From: Acholeplasmataceae bacterium
GTDB taxonomy: Bacteria > Bacillota_I > Bacilli_A > Acholeplasmatales > Acholeplasmataceae
Length of the DNA stretch: 64,000 nucleotides
NCBI GenBank assembly: GCA_963667565.1
Contig: OY763415.1
Span: 1,536,001-1,600,000, forward strand
Reading direction: 5' to 3'
Below are positions 63,149 through 64,000 of this stretch, piece after piece. Position 1 is the first letter of the stretch; every line of letters begins with the position of its first letter. Made by a program: the position numbers and the translations under genes. Under the pieces are notes generated by a model. That model had not been told where the DNA came from. It saw only the letters and a list, made by a program, of their open reading frames with translations, and did not search any database.

Positions 63149-64000
63149 ATGGAAAATCAATCAAACTTTATCAAAACCATTATGGAAAATGACATAGAAT
63201 CAAAAAAACATAGTGATATTATAACAAGATTCCCACCTGAACCTAATGGGTTTTTACACATTGGTCACGCGCGAGCAATTATCACTAATTTTGAGCTTGC
63301 AAAAAACTTTGGTGGTTATACAAATTTAAGATATGATGACACAAATCCAGAAAAAGAAGATGATGTTTATGTTCAAGCAATTAAGAATGATATCAAATGG
63401 TTAGGTTATGAGCCTAAAGATATTTATTTTGCATCTGACTACTTTGATGAAATGTATGAACGTGCATTAATACTTATTAAAAAAGGATTAGCATATGTTG
63501 ATTTTCAATCAGCAGAAGAAATGGCTAAAAATAGAGGCGATGTCAACACACCGGGTGTTGCTTCACCATATAGAGATACTAGCATTGAAGAAAATTTACA
63601 ACTATTTAAAGATATGAAAGATGGTAAGTATAAAGAAGGGGAATGCGTATTAAGAGCTAAAATTGATATGGCATCACCTAATATGAATATGCGTGATCCA
63701 GCGATTTATCGCATCGTTTATGCACACCATCACAGACAAGGGGATAAATGGTGCATTTATCCAATGTATGATTATGCGCATCCATTAGAAGATGCGATTG
63801 AAGGCATCACACATTCATTGTGCTCACTTGAGTTTGAGGATCATAGACCTTTATATGATTGGGTTGTAAGAGAAACAGAAATTCCTTCAACACCACGACA
63901 AATTGAATTTGGTCGTTTAAATGTTGAAAATACGGTATTATCAAAAAGATTTTTACGCGCGCTTGTTGAAAACCATAAAGTTAGTGGTTGGGATGACCCA
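63149..64000 (+). CDS. glnS: Glutaminyl-tRNA synthetase (3' truncated; absent from the ORF track)
   Basis: MENQSNFIK...[46 protein letters not shown]. Confidence 0.94.
   Translation, partial: MENQSNFIKTIMENDIESKKHSDIITRFPPEPNGFLHIGHARAIITNFELAKNFGGYTNLRYDDTNPEKEDDVYVQAIKNDIKWLGYEPKDIYFASDYFDEMYERALILIKKGLAYVDFQSAEEMAKNRGDVNTPGVASPYRDTSIEENLQLFKDMKDGKYKEGECVLRAKIDMASPNMNMRDPAIYRIVYAHHHRQGDKWCIYPMYDYAHPLEDAIEGITHSLCSLEFEDHRPLYDWVVRETEIPSTPRQIEFGRLNVENTVLSKRFLRALVENHKVSGWDDP

Overview
This is a low-GC chromosomal segment just downstream of oriC. It uses the standard genetic code (TGA = stop) and almost all genes lie on the + strand. Gene content and order resemble a wall-less Acholeplasmataceae-type mollicute; this is an inference, not a database result. 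Most of the window is core genes: dnaN-yaaA-recF-gyrB-gyrA, T-box-serS, rnmV-rsmA-ispE-spoVG-prs-pth-mfd, cdaA, ispDF, pgi, tsaEB-rimI-tsaD, SAM riboswitch-metNIQ, pdxST and a partial glnS. I found no rRNA, tRNA, CRISPR array or transposase. Six things stand out. (1) An LtaS-like / DUF1361 / UppP / DUF368 / GalU envelope cluster is present, while glmU and glmM are missing from their usual positions. (2) cdaA is followed by an unannotated 54-aa membrane ORF and a membrane PAS/degenerate-GGDEF protein instead of cdaR-glmM. (3) A candidate ~65-nt sRNA lies in front of a two-component system. (4) A three-copy palindromic operator array sits beside a membrane-anchored XRE regulator. (5) Two decayed RHS toxin cassettes retain intact downstream immunity-like genes. 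(6) An AlkD-like gene and a SRAP gene are divergently paired near a Y-family polymerase/YolD operon.
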